A stretch of DNA of 64,000 bases from Bdellovibrionota bacterium (lineage in GTDB: Bacteria; Bdellovibrionota_G; JALEGL01; DATDPG01), in assembly GCA_963668355.1 (NCBI GenBank), contig OY764265.1, forward strand, positions 2,144,001 to 2,208,000, given 5' to 3'. The translations under genes were made by a program, and so were the position numbers. Below the pieces are notes generated by a model, which did no database searches, was not told the DNA's origin, and saw only the letters and a list, made by a program, of their open reading frames with translations. Below are positions 20,529-30,636 of this stretch, in pieces. The stretch's first letter is position 1. Every line of letters starts with the position of its first letter.

Positions 20529-22148
20529 TCAGGGCTTCTCACAAAACAATTTCAGTTCGTTCGGTCCTTTTCGGAAGGTACAGAGTTCCTCTTTGATCTT
20601 TTGGGCGGTGGGATCGGGCTCGGGAGATTCCAACGCCTTCTTTAGCGCCGGAAGACTCTGGGAATGTTTTTTCTGCTGCCATCGCGCCAAGAAAAGATTG
20701 AACCAGTATCGATGCGTTGAGGGACTTATCTGAACGCATTGTTCGAAAAGAGCTTCGGCTTTTTTAAACTGGCCGAGGTTTAAATGACTCACACCTAGAT
20801 TGTTCAAAATGGAAGAGTCGAGGGGATGCGTCTTTTTAGCTTTTTCATAAGTTGCAATGGCCAAGTTCCAATTTCCTTTGCGAGCATAGGCATTCCCCAA
20901 ATTATAAACGGCTTGAATGGAAGGAGAGCCGGATCGAATGATGGCTTGATAAAATCCAACTTCGGTTCGGAAATTTTGGTTGTTTTTTTGATTCAAGAAA
21001 AAAAGAACGGAAAGAAAAACCAGAACCAAAAAATAAAATGGTTTTGAGTTTGGAGGGGAGAAGAATTTTTGAATTCCCCAACCGAAAACAAAAGACGTGG
21101 CCACCATGGGTACATAGAAATAATGGCTGTTTAGGATGCCCGTTCGAGCCGTGGCTACGGTTACCAATCCGAGAGAAAGCATCCCCCAGAGAGTTCCCCA
21201 GAGGAGCCAGGAGGGACGTTTTACATGCCAAACCAAAAGGGAAGAAACAAGGAAGAGCATTGCGATGGATGTGAGGCCCGAAAAAGAATAGAGAGAAAAG
21301 TCGTTAAAAATATCCTTCATGGGCATGACATCGATCGGCCAAAAAAACGCTTTCAAAAAACCGAGCAAGACGTTCGGAAAAACAACCCACATTTGAATGA
21401 AATGTTTGGAGTCGCTGATTTCCTTTCCCACGCCCAAGGCATTCAGTCGCAAGGTAATGAAAAGAAGAAGCGGAAGGACTAAAGCCAACAGTAGACGCAA
21501 AGAATGCGCTTTTGACTTCGAACGGGAGATCTTGGGAAGGGCAAGGATTCCCACGGCGAAAAACACCAAACCCACTTCTTTTGACAAAAACGAAGCCAAC
21601 AGAAAAAGAGCAGGAAGGAAAAGGCGAATTCCACGCTGACATGACTTGGCTGTGAAAAAGAAAAGAAACAAAAGACCAAATAGCGTGGCCAAGGAATCCG
21701 CTCTCGCGGAAACGTAATGAACTGGAGTCGAAGCACTGGGATGAAGGGCAAACAAAGCTGCACTCAAAAAGGCGATTTTCGGTGAGAGAAGATGTTGGAA
21801 AAAAAGATAGGCGGTGAGCACGACACATAGGTGAAGAAGAAGATTGGTCAGGTGAAATCCAAAAGCATCCTTTCCCCACAGTTGATGGTCCAAAAGAAGC
21901 GAAGCGTTGAAGAGGGGGCGGTAGGTGTCGACCTTGGCCTGGTCAACGCGTTTCCCCAAATCCACATTGTGCCACACCTCGGTAGAAAAAATGGTGGGAA
22001 GCTGTCCCCATCGTTCGAGCAGCTTTCCTTCTAAAACCTGGGGGCCATCGTCCCAATATAGCTCATTTTGGGGGGCTTGTCGGTAGGCCAGTCCCGTAAT
22101 GAGGAGCAGAAGGAGTCCCGAGAGGGCATTTTTCCAAAAAGAATTCAC
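20529..22148 (-). CDS. Second TMTC-like GT-C glycosyltransferase with C-terminal TPRs
   Basis: YWDD loop, YRPL, FHLTNLLLH, HP...SARADSLA and SKE motifs, then TPRs. Confidence 0.8.
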   Translation of the reverse strand: MNSFWKNALSGLLLLLITGLAYRQAPQNELYWDDGPQVLEGKLLERWGQLPTIFSTEVWHNVDLGKRVDQAKVDTYRPLFNASLLLDHQLWGKDAFGFHLTNLLLHLCVVLTAYLFFQHLLSPKIAFLSAALFALHPSASTPVHYVSARADSLATLFGLLFLFFFTAKSCQRGIRLFLPALFLLASFLSKEVGLVFFAVGILALPKISRSKSKAHSLRLLLALVLPLLLFITLRLNALGVGKEISDSKHFIQMWVVFPNVLLGFLKAFFWPIDVMPMKDIFNDFSLYSFSGLTSIAMLFLVSSLLVWHVKRPSWLLWGTLWGMLSLGLVTVATARTGILNSHYFYVPMVATSFVFGWGIQKFFSPPNSKPFYFLVLVFLSVLFFLNQKNNQNFRTEVGFYQAIIRSGSPSIQAVYNLGNAYARKGNWNLAIATYEKAKKTHPLDSSILNNLGVSHLNLGQFKKAEALFEQCVQISPSTHRYWFNLFLARWQQKKHSQSLPALKKALESPEPDPTAQKIKEELCTFRKGPNELKLFCEKP

Positions 22149-22311
22149 GTTGTTGGGATTCGACTTTAGAGAAGATGTGAGGGAAGGGGAATTTTTAAGA
22201 AATAACGCAGCGCGTTTTTAGAAATATATTGTAATGTAAGGTAAGGCAGATTTTCTTTGACCCATAAATATATTTTTGTAATGCTATCAAAGAGTTAAGC
22301 TCAAGTATCTC

Positions 22312-23139
22312 ATGTTTGCTGTAAACGAAACGCATAAGGGACTCCAGGGAGAACATTCAAAGGTGATCTCTGTTCTGCATTCGCTCAATGAACCTAAGAT
22401 TGCTGCAGCGGATCATCCAGCGGAACCCACAAAAGCGTTCGTGGTGACGATGGGCGGAAATGATGCGGGAGAATATCAAACGCATATTGTTCTTTTCCTC
22501 ACCAAGACTCAAGACCGTGTGATGTATAGCTGGGACGACGGATCTTATTCCCAGGATGAACGTTCTTCCATTGAGGAACAGGCACTCGATTTTGTCGAGA
22601 ACATGGGATTCATGATGGATAATTTAAATTTGGAAACATTGGAAGATTCTCAGCGGGTATCGGTGGTAAAAGGTCTTCCTGTTTTTGAAGAGGTTTCGGC
22701 AGTGGAGGAAAAAATTTCTCAAGAAGATCAGGCTGAGTTGGATGATCTGGATTTGATTGATGACTTGGATTTATTGGAAGAAGTCGGTGGGGATGTAAAT
22801 GCCTCAGAGCAAGAGTTGCCTGACTTATTGGAAGAAGAAGATTTTTCTGGCACGAAAGAAACCAGCGTGCGTGCAGGTGTTTTAGACGGTATCCCATCTT
22901 CTTCGGAACAAGCCAAGCCTTTGGAAGTCTCTTCTCCGGCGATGGATGACGAGGCCTTCCAGATGATGGAAGAGGAATTTTCTCGTTCTCCAGAAGAGTT
23001 GGAACAAGAGCTGGATTCGGTTGTGGATGCCTTGGAAACAAATGTGAAACCAAAGGGTGAGAAGCCCGTGGAGGAAAACCTTTCCCCTCGGCAAGCGGGA
23101 GTGTTTCGCGCCCTTGTAAGATTGATGGCGAGTTTTTAA
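22312..23139 (+). CDS. Conserved protein encoded upstream of tgl in myxobacteria-like organisms, with a long acidic linker
   Basis: N-terminal domain with AFVV...ALDFVENMGFMMDNLN, an acidic middle and a C-terminal RLMASF; abuts tgl. Confidence 0.6.
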   Translation: MFAVNETHKGLQGEHSKVISVLHSLNEPKIAAADHPAEPTKAFVVTMGGNDAGEYQTHIVLFLTKTQDRVMYSWDDGSYSQDERSSIEEQALDFVENMGFMMDNLNLETLEDSQRVSVVKGLPVFEEVSAVEEKISQEDQAELDDLDLIDDLDLLEEVGGDVNASEQELPDLLEEEDFSGTKETSVRAGVLDGIPSSSEQAKPLEVSSPAMDDEAFQMMEEEFSRSPEELEQELDSVVDALETNVKPKGEKPVEENLSPRQAGVFRALVRLMASF

Positions 23140-23928
23140 ATGAACAAACTGAGCATATTTATTTTTGTTTCTCTTTGGATTTTTGTTGCGGGCTGTGCCG
23201 GAAGTAAATCCAAGGATATGGCTAGAGTCGAACAATCCGCCATGCATTATCGGGTGGCTCAAGATCTTTTGATGAAAGGTCAAACCACGCGCGCCATGGC
23301 CGAATTGCATCGGGCAGAAAAATTAAGCGACAAAGAACCTGAGATTCACAATTTGTTTGGATTGGCTTACCTGCAATTGACGGAAACCGAAAAGGCAAAA
23401 AAAAGATTTGAACGCGCCATTGAATTGGATCCCGAATTTTCAGAAGCACACAATCATCTGGCCGTCATTTTGATTGAACAAAAACAATATGATCAAGCGG
23501 TGATTCATGCCCGCAAAGCTGTGGAAAATTTGAACTATACGACGCCTGAAAGGGCCTACCACAATATGGGCATTGCGTATCGTCGAAAAGGTGATCTCAA
23601 TGCCGCCATCAAATCGTTTAATAAAGCGCTTCTCCACAATTCAAATTTTGTCATGAGCCGGAATGAGCTGGGACAAATTTTGATGGAGAAAGAAAAGTAT
23701 CGGCAAGCTGCCAGCGTTTTGAAGCCCGCCTCGGCAACTTGTGATGCTTCTCCCAAAGGAGCTTGGAGAGATGAATGCTCGCAAGCTTATTATAATTTAG
23801 CTCGGGTGTATGTGAAGTTGAGGAAGCGAAACCAGGCGGTCTCTGCGTTTCGCAATTGTGTGAAAGCTGATGATGGAGAGGGGGCCTATGCCCAGAAATG
23901 CCGAAGCAACCTTGAAATTCTTCAATAG
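23140..23928 (+). CDS. tgl: Type IV pilus pilotin lipoprotein (Tgl/PilF/PilW family)
   Basis: Lipobox VAGC, about 6 TPRs and the NLNYTTPE motif; upstream of a RodZ-like HTH gene. Confidence 0.8.
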   Translation: MNKLSIFIFVSLWIFVAGCAGSKSKDMARVEQSAMHYRVAQDLLMKGQTTRAMAELHRAEKLSDKEPEIHNLFGLAYLQLTETEKAKKRFERAIELDPEFSEAHNHLAVILIEQKQYDQAVIHARKAVENLNYTTPERAYHNMGIAYRRKGDLNAAIKSFNKALLHNSNFVMSRNELGQILMEKEKYRQAASVLKPASATCDASPKGAWRDECSQAYYNLARVYVKLRKRNQAVSAFRNCVKADDGEGAYAQKCRSNLEILQ

Positions 23929-23971
23929 CAATGCTCCGACGTTGTTGAAGTCGGCGCAGAAGTTAGATGAA

Positions 23972-24352
23972 GTGAGTCGAGAAACTGAAGGACAAACCTT
24001 TGGGCAGTATTTGCGAAGAGAGCGAATTCTTCGGGGAATAACCAAGGAGGAAGTTCTTCGAATCACCAAGGTCCAAGCCGAGTATTACGAAGCTCTGGAG
24101 TCCAATCGTTTTGATTTGCTCCCTCCAAGAGCGTTTGTTGTGGGATTCTTGAAGGTCTTTGCGGACTATGCCGGCCTGGATAAAGACGAAGTCGTGACGC
24201 GTTTCCTGGCGCAGTATCCGACCAAGGTCAAAGAAGAGGTGGATGAGTTCGAGCAAGTGGGGTTTGTTCGAAAGCATGCCGGAAAGGTATTTGCCTTCAT
24301 TGGATTTGCGTCGTTGATTTTTCTCATGTTCGCCCCTCTATTGCGCGGTTAA
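23972..24352 (+). CDS. RodZ-like HTH protein with C-terminal TM
   Basis: FGQYLRRER...ALE...LP..AFVVGFLKVFADYAGL HTH signature, then one TM. Confidence 0.8.
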   Translation: MSRETEGQTFGQYLRRERILRGITKEEVLRITKVQAEYYEALESNRFDLLPPRAFVVGFLKVFADYAGLDKDEVVTRFLAQYPTKVKEEVDEFEQVGFVRKHAGKVFAFIGFASLIFLMFAPLLRG

Positions 24353-24366
24353 CCGAGAGGCTTGAC

Positions 24367-25053
24367 TTAACCGGTCTGGATCAACGTCGAGAAAAAAAGA
24401 ATCAATATCACCACAATCAAAAACAAGAGAATAACAGCCGACTGAAACCACACGGATTTTCGAAATAAACGGCTCTTTTTTGAAGGGGAAACCCAGTCCT
24501 GGGAAATGGAGGAGAGCTGAGTCACTTCATTGTCTTCCTCAACGGCAATCAATTTTAAGCGAGGAATTTTCCGAATGTATTCGGTTCGTTCGGGGGTATA
24601 GCGGTTGTGGTACGACTCCACGTTAAATTCTGTGACCAAATCGTTTTGAACGAATTGGTACTTTCCCCGAGGTGAGCTGAGCTGGGCTTTGGAGGAGGGT
24701 TTCTTTAAGTATTTCCAAATGTTTGCACCATAGGCGTGAAAAAGGCTGGGGACCACTTCTTGAAAAATGAGAGAGCACCTTCCCAGATCAATCACATCGC
24801 CTGGTGTGAGGGGTTGATTGGTCACCACCTGGCCGTTGACCCTGGTCATATTGGTGCTTCGGAGATCCTTTAAAATAACCTGCCCATCTTCGGTTAGAAC
24901 GATCTCGCAATGTTCTCTGGAAATGGAAGAATGGTTGATTCGCAGGTGACATCCTGTACGTCGGCCGACCATCATCTGGGGAGAATTCATGGGCACCGTA
25001 ACAATGAAGTCACGGTCAAAGAAAAGATGAAAAGAGGGGATCCGTGTTTTCAT
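24367..25053 (-). CDS. FHA-domain membrane protein
   Basis: GR...SISREHC...DLRSTNMTRVNG FHA motifs and a C-terminal TM. Confidence 0.8.
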   Translation of the reverse strand: MKTRIPSFHLFFDRDFIVTVPMNSPQMMVGRRTGCHLRINHSSISREHCEIVLTEDGQVILKDLRSTNMTRVNGQVVTNQPLTPGDVIDLGRCSLIFQEVVPSLFHAYGANIWKYLKKPSSKAQLSSPRGKYQFVQNDLVTEFNVESYHNRYTPERTEYIRKIPRLKLIAVEEDNEVTQLSSISQDWVSPSKKSRLFRKSVWFQSAVILLFLIVVILILFFSTLIQTG

Positions 25054-25289
25054 GACGATTTTTCCGCTACCATTTCCAATACAAACCCCATTTGACCGCT
25101 TGTGATCTCGAACTTGGTTTAACATAAAAAGCGACACTTCGCCTATGCTTTGGCTTCTGATTCTTTGACCAAATCGCTATAATTCATTCTACTGTTTATG
25201 GTTTTGGAACTTTTATTGACGCCGTGCGGCTTTCTTGTGTTTCGTGGCTTCTTTTCACGGATTTGAAAAAGAAGATTTAAGGAGTGTGT

Positions 25290-28200
25290 ATGTTTCGATG
25301 GATGAATAAGGTTTTTGCACTGTTGGTTTTCCTTTCGCTCTCTACTTCTCTGTGGGCGGCGGGGGCCAATCAGATGATCAATCAAGGAAAGGCGCTGGCG
25401 CAGAAAAACCGGTGGACCCAAGCCACAAAATATTTCGAGAAGGCCGTACAGATGGAGTCTCGAAATGCTCAGGCTCGTTATTGGTTGGGCAGAGCCAGAG
25501 AGGTCGCCAAGGATTATGACCTTGCCTTGGATCAATATCGCAAAGCCGTCATTTTGGATCCCCGAGACGGAAAAAGTTATCGAGGCATCGGAAATGTTCA
25601 AATGAAAAGGGATGAGCCTGCGGCCGCTGTAGCTGCCTATAAGAAGGCCATTGAGATCAATCCCAAAGACCATCAATCCCGCTTGGCCATGGCTTCGGCC
25701 TTAGAGAAATCCGGTCAATCTCGGGAGGCCCTGGATCAGTATCGGCAACTTTTCGAAGCGAAAAGCAAACTCAACAATTCGAGTTTGATTCGAGCCGGTT
25801 TTTTGGCGCGGGAAATGGATCGAGATTCAGATGCGCAAAAGTTTTTCGAAGCGGCTGTCCGAAATGGTGCAAAGGATGCCAAAGTCTACAACGCCTTGGG
25901 AGAGATTCATGCGCGAAGAAAAGATTATGACCAAGGCATGAACTATTTCGCGCGTGCAGAACGCCTCAATCCGCGAATGGATCAAGCCATCTCGAATCAA
26001 GGGTTGGTCGAAATTCAACGTCGCCGGTGGAAGGCTGCGGAAAACCACTTTCGACGGGCGTTAAAGGTCGCGCCGAAAGATGTGAATTACTGGAAACAAA
26101 TGGCCTTCATTGGCGAGTCCTCCAAGAATCAAACATTGCAGATTCAAGCCTATAAGGCGCTATCCAAGCTTGAGCCTGGGGACATTGATCACCTTCGTAA
26201 ATTGGCGAATTTGTATCAAGCCACTAAAAATCCGAAATTGGCTGAAGCGACCTTGGAAAAGGTCGTGGCGAAAGATGGCGATGACTTGGATTCCCTAAAA
26301 ACTCTGGGGGAAATGACCTATCGACGTAAGGCCTACAAGCGAGCCCAAAAGCACTTCCAAGCCGTTCATCGATTGGATCGAAAAAACGCTAGAGCGCCAC
26401 ATGTTTTAGGAATGATCGCCTTCCAAGAAAAACAAATGAAAGAGGCCTCCGCGTTTTTGGCTCGGTCCGAAGAACTGGGGTCCAAAAATCCAGAGACTTC
26501 TTATTATCTGGGCCGTGCTTACGAAGCGCAGAAGGGCCGGGAAGCGAATGCCATTGCCGCCTATGAACGCGCCTTTTCCCGAGATCGAAAGAATGTGGAT
26601 GCGGGGTATCGAGCCGGTGTTCTTTTGGAAAATCGAAAGGGCGACCGAGAGGCCATGGAATTCTTTGAAAAAGTGGTCCGACAAGACCCAAAACATTTTC
26701 GTGCATGGGAGCATTTGGCCTTCCTTCGTTATAAACACAAAGATTGGAAGGATGCGGCGAATGCCTTCGAACATTTTCACGCGCTGAGAAAGCCCCATTC
26801 AAAAAGTTCCGTTGCCTGTGCTCGTACGTACGTGCATTTGAAAGATTGGGCCAAAGCAGAGGCGATGTTTGGACGCGCCATCCGCCTCAACCCCAAACAA
26901 CCCAAACTGAATTTCGAACAAGCCAAAGTGCAAGTGGCACGGAATCGAAAGAAATCTGCCCGAGCTTCTTTGCGGGCTCTTGTGAAATGGGTGCCCAAAC
27001 ATAAAGAAGGCCATCTGATGCTGGCGGATCTTTATTATGAGGTTCCCTATTTCTCCAATGCCTTGAAAAGCTATGAAACCGTCATGAAATTGGATCCGAA
27101 GAATGTGCACGCGCAGGAGCGTATTTCTCGCATTCATTTGAGACGGAGACGATACCCACAAGCCCTTGCGAATTTCCAAAAAGCCATTCGCTTGGATGGA
27201 AACCGAGCGGACTTTCATTGGGAAGTGGGTCGATTGGAACGAAGGATCGGTACAGCCGAGAAATCGATTCGTGCTTTTGAAAAGGCCACCATTCTCGAAC
27301 CCGGGAATGCTCAGTATCAATATGACTACGCACGAGGACTGAGAAAAGCCAAACAATTTAAGAAAGCCGCGTTGGCTTATGAACGCGCGGGAAAAGCGGA
27401 TTCCAAGCGAAAAGAGATCTTCTTGGAACTGGGAATGACGTATCAAGCGCTCAAAGCGTATGACAAAGCTGCCGATGCATTTGGTCATGCGGCATCCATC
27501 GATCCAAAGGAATTGTCGGCTCATGCCGGTCGCGGTTATTCCCTCTCAAAAATCGGGAAATGGAAAGAGTCGGCCAGGTCCTATGGCCGGGCGACGAAAC
27601 TCGCTCCCAAGGACGTGAAGTTGGCCTATCGCTATGCCTATGCCTTGGAGCGAAGTGATCAAAGGCGGAGTGCGATTCAGGCCTATCGAACCGTGATCCG
27701 TTTGGATCCGAAACATCAGAGAGGTCAGGCGCACTTAGGACGTCTTTTGTGGATGAACGGACAGAAAGAGTTGGCCCGACCTTCGCTGGAAGCTGCCGTA
27801 AAACTCAATCCTGCGGATGATGTGAGCCAAGAACTCGTGGGAGAGTATTTCTGGGAGAAAAACAAATTACGTCGCTCGGAGCGTGCCTATCAGGTTGTGG
27901 CCAAGAAGCGTCCGAAAGATGCCAAAGCCAAGATGCGATTGGGAATGATTCAACGGCGCTGGAAAAATTACAAAGAAGCCAAGAAGCAACTTGAAGCCTC
28001 CATTCGTTTGGATCCCAAACAAGCGACGGCCCATTATGAGTTAGGTTTGACCAAAGTGGCTTTGAAGGATGACCGAGAGGCGATGCGTTCTTTTGATAAC
28101 GCCATTCGTCGGGATGAAAAACATTCCCGAGCCTGGTATCAAAAATCAAAAATCTATGCACGTCGCAAAGAAGTTCCCGCTCAAATTCACGCTTTGAAAA

Positions 28201-28889
28201 AAGCCATAGATATTGATGGGAGATATGTTCGAGCCCGTTTGGCTTTGGCAAAAGCCTACGCAGGAAAGGAAGAATTCGAGAAGGCCCGACGTCAATATGA
28301 AGAGGTCGTAGACGTCGAACCGGACAATGAAACCGCGTGTGTGGAGTTGGCCTATCTTTATTTGGATAAAAAGGAGCCCACAAGAGCGATCAAGGTCTTG
28401 AAACAATACCTTGAGAAACATCCGCGAAACGGGACCGTCCGCTACCATCTTGGACACGCCTTGTATCAGTCGAAGAAGTCAGACGAGGCCTTGGTGGAAT
28501 TGCAAAAAGCCATTCGAGACAACCCCAAGAATGCCAAAGCTCATTCTTTGACGGGTCTGATTCTTTTGGAACAGAACAAGCTCTCTCAAGCAGAAGCCCG
28601 TTTTGAACGTGCCAAACGGATGTCTCCGAGATTGGCGGATTCCTACTACGGCCTGGGTCGCGTGGCGGCTGAGCGAAACCAAATTGAAAAGGCCATTTCG
28701 CTTCAGAAGCGAGCCTTAAAGTTGGATCGAAAACTCAAGGATGCCCATTATCGACTGGGTCTTCTCTATGAAAAGAAAGGATTGAAGAAGCAGGCCAATG
28801 AGGAGTATGGAAAAGCCATTGGCGTGGATCCTCTCGCCGATATCGGTAAGAAAACCGATCTGGAAAAAGTGGAGAAAAAATCCAGATAG
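25290..28889 (+). CDS. Large exported TPR-repeat protein (~1200 aa)
   Basis: Signal peptide followed by continuous 34-aa TPR periodicity (A..LDP....A...LG). Confidence 0.9.
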   Translation: MFRWMNKVFALLVFLSLSTSLWAAGANQMINQGKALAQKNRWTQATKYFEKAVQMESRNAQARYWLGRAREVAKDYDLALDQYRKAVILDPRDGKSYRGIGNVQMKRDEPAAAVAAYKKAIEINPKDHQSRLAMASALEKSGQSREALDQYRQLFEAKSKLNNSSLIRAGFLAREMDRDSDAQKFFEAAVRNGAKDAKVYNALGEIHARRKDYDQGMNYFARAERLNPRMDQAISNQGLVEIQRRRWKAAENHFRRALKVAPKDVNYWKQMAFIGESSKNQTLQIQAYKALSKLEPGDIDHLRKLANLYQATKNPKLAEATLEKVVAKDGDDLDSLKTLGEMTYRRKAYKRAQKHFQAVHRLDRKNARAPHVLGMIAFQEKQMKEASAFLARSEELGSKNPETSYYLGRAYEAQKGREANAIAAYERAFSRDRKNVDAGYRAGVLLENRKGDREAMEFFEKVVRQDPKHFRAWEHLAFLRYKHKDWKDAANAFEHFHALRKPHSKSSVACARTYVHLKDWAKAEAMFGRAIRLNPKQPKLNFEQAKVQVARNRKKSARASLRALVKWVPKHKEGHLMLADLYYEVPYFSNALKSYETVMKLDPKNVHAQERISRIHLRRRRYPQALANFQKAIRLDGNRADFHWEVGRLERRIGTAEKSIRAFEKATILEPGNAQYQYDYARGLRKAKQFKKAALAYERAGKADSKRKEIFLELGMTYQALKAYDKAADAFGHAASIDPKELSAHAGRGYSLSKIGKWKESARSYGRATKLAPKDVKLAYRYAYALERSDQRRSAIQAYRTVIRLDPKHQRGQAHLGRLLWMNGQKELARPSLEAAVKLNPADDVSQELVGEYFWEKNKLRRSERAYQVVAKKRPKDAKAKMRLGMIQRRWKNYKEAKKQLEASIRLDPKQATAHYELGLTKVALKDDREAMRSFDNAIRRDEKHSRAWYQKSKIYARRKEVPAQIHALKKAIDIDGRYVRARLALAKAYAGKEEFEKARRQYEEVVDVEPDNETACVELAYLYLDKKEPTRAIKVLKQYLEKHPRNGTVRYHLGHALYQSKKSDEALVELQKAIRDNPKNAKAHSLTGLILLEQNKLSQAEARFERAKRMSPRLADSYYGLGRVAAERNQIEKAISLQKRALKLDRKLKDAHYRLGLLYEKKGLKKQANEEYGKAIGVDPLADIGKKTDLEKVEKKSR

Positions 28890-28904
28890 GCAGGGAAAAA
28901 GAAC

Positions 28905-28938
28905 AAAAAAAAGGGCCTCTAAAAAGAGGCCCTTTTTT
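28905..28938. terminator. Bidirectional Rho-independent terminator
   Basis: aaaaaaaagggcctct-aaaa-agaggccctttttt between convergent genes. Confidence 0.85.
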
Positions 28939-28952
28939 ATTGGATCTGTTGT

Positions 28953-29462
28953 TTACTTTACGTTGAACGAAACACTCTTGATCAATTGATCTTCATTCGT
29001 TTTGATTTCAACGCGCCAATCCCCAGTCCAAGACGAATCAATCACTTTTGAACTATACGTTCTCCAGCGAGGGCCTTTCACGGGAAGTTTTACTTTCGCC
29101 ATCTCCTTATTGCCGTGATACCAAACATGCTGAATGGAGGTCTCGGAGCCTGGTTCCAGTTGGACATTGGTATAAAGATAAAGTTTTCCGACATCCGAAG
29201 GGAATTGATCGGCCGTCGCTACAGGGGTTCGGTTTTCAACCGATCGACAGGCCTCGGCTTGAACGACCGTAATGGGTCCCACAGTAGCAGGTTCGGAAGC
29301 CTTTGCTTCTTCCATTTTCTCCTTGGCGGCCTTTTGAGTTTCGGCCTTTTCGGTCTGCTTGACTTGATCCGCGTCCGAAGCTTGAGATACGTCATTTTTC
29401 TTGGCGCATCCGCTGAAAGCTAAGGTCAATGCGAGCAGAAGCTTCATAAACATTATAATCAT
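28953..29462 (-). CDS. DUF2914-domain lipoprotein
   Basis: Lipobox FSGC; C-terminal HVWYH...RWRTYSSK...GDWRVEI motif. Confidence 0.8.
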   Translation of the reverse strand: MIIMFMKLLLALTLAFSGCAKKNDVSQASDADQVKQTEKAETQKAAKEKMEEAKASEPATVGPITVVQAEACRSVENRTPVATADQFPSDVGKLYLYTNVQLEPGSETSIQHVWYHGNKEMAKVKLPVKGPRWRTYSSKVIDSSWTGDWRVEIKTNEDQLIKSVSFNVK

Positions 29463-29616
29463 TTCATTGTCTCCCAGTCGATCATTAAATAAGTGACTCG
29501 GGTGGATTCCCCGACGTTTTTACTAGGATAAGAAGCCTTGGGGGTTTACGCAATCATTTTCCGGGTATCGACAGCTTGGGGTTAGGCGATTACAATGTTT
29601 CAATAACCTAAGTTCT

Positions 29617-30636
29617 ATGAATTTCATGAAAATCGTAGCGATGGGTCTGCTTGCGAGCGCCCTTTTTTTATTTCCCAATGCTGGATGGGCGGACGATTCG
29701 TATCGTCAAGGCACCGTCAAGCCTTCCTTTGCCATGGTGTATTCCGACCCAGATAGTAGCTATTTTCCTCTGGCCACGCTGTACCGAGGTCATGAAGTTC
29801 GTGTGTTTAAGCGCCAAGGCAAACGCTTCTTTGTCCAATACCGAATGGAAGGGGAGACCCGAGAAGGATGGATTGATCGAGAAGCCGTTCTGGTCGGAAA
29901 ATTGGTTCAAAGCCAGGCTTCCAAGAAGGAGAAACGAGTTTATCCGGGGGTCGTGACGGCCCCCAAAGCCGTGGTTTATAACCGGCCGGGAGGAAAACCG
30001 ATGTTTTCGTACCCGAAAGGAGAATCGGTTCAGATTTTAACACAGAGCAAGGGGTGGTATCGCGTTCGAGTCGAACCAAAACCGGGCCAAGAGACAGAGG
30101 GTTGGGTTCAAAAGAGCGATGTGCGATTGAATCAGGGTTCTTCTTCCACCGCATCCAGTGGGGAAGGGGAAATCTCCGCAGAATCTCCTGACTTCGCGCC
30201 TCGGATTCGAGGCGTGAGGTTCTTTGGTACGCCCGTTTTCGATCTCTATCGGTTCGGTACCACACAAATGAAATTCGGGATCGCGTACGACCACAATTTA
30301 AGCCCGGCTTTGACGGTTGGCGTCCCGGTGAGCTTTTCGCTCAGAGGCGGGTTCAATGCCCTTCAGGCTGGATTGGACGTCATTCTTCGTTTGGGTACGT
30401 GGAAAAAATTTTCCTTTTTCGAACGAACGGGTCTTTATTTTGAACGATTTTGGGGGAACGGAACGTCGTTCATGGCCTTGACGGGAGATGTGGGCTTGGG
30501 AGCTTCTTGGGAAATCAATCCAAGTGTATCTCTGGCCTTGGAGCCTCTTTCACTGGAAGTAACTCCTTTGGCAACGGAAGGCCTTCCTTGGTTCATGCGC
30601 TTTCAAACTTTATTGACCGCGAGGATTCAATGGTAA
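29617..30636 (+). CDS. Exported protein with two SH3b-like domains and a C-terminal OM beta-barrel-like domain
   Basis: Signal peptide; two W.RV...EGW(I/V) repeats; amphipathic beta strands ending in W. Confidence 0.65.
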   Translation: MNFMKIVAMGLLASALFLFPNAGWADDSYRQGTVKPSFAMVYSDPDSSYFPLATLYRGHEVRVFKRQGKRFFVQYRMEGETREGWIDREAVLVGKLVQSQASKKEKRVYPGVVTAPKAVVYNRPGGKPMFSYPKGESVQILTQSKGWYRVRVEPKPGQETEGWVQKSDVRLNQGSSSTASSGEGEISAESPDFAPRIRGVRFFGTPVFDLYRFGTTQMKFGIAYDHNLSPALTVGVPVSFSLRGGFNALQAGLDVILRLGTWKKFSFFERTGLYFERFWGNGTSFMALTGDVGLGASWEINPSVSLALEPLSLEVTPLATEGLPWFMRFQTLLTARIQW

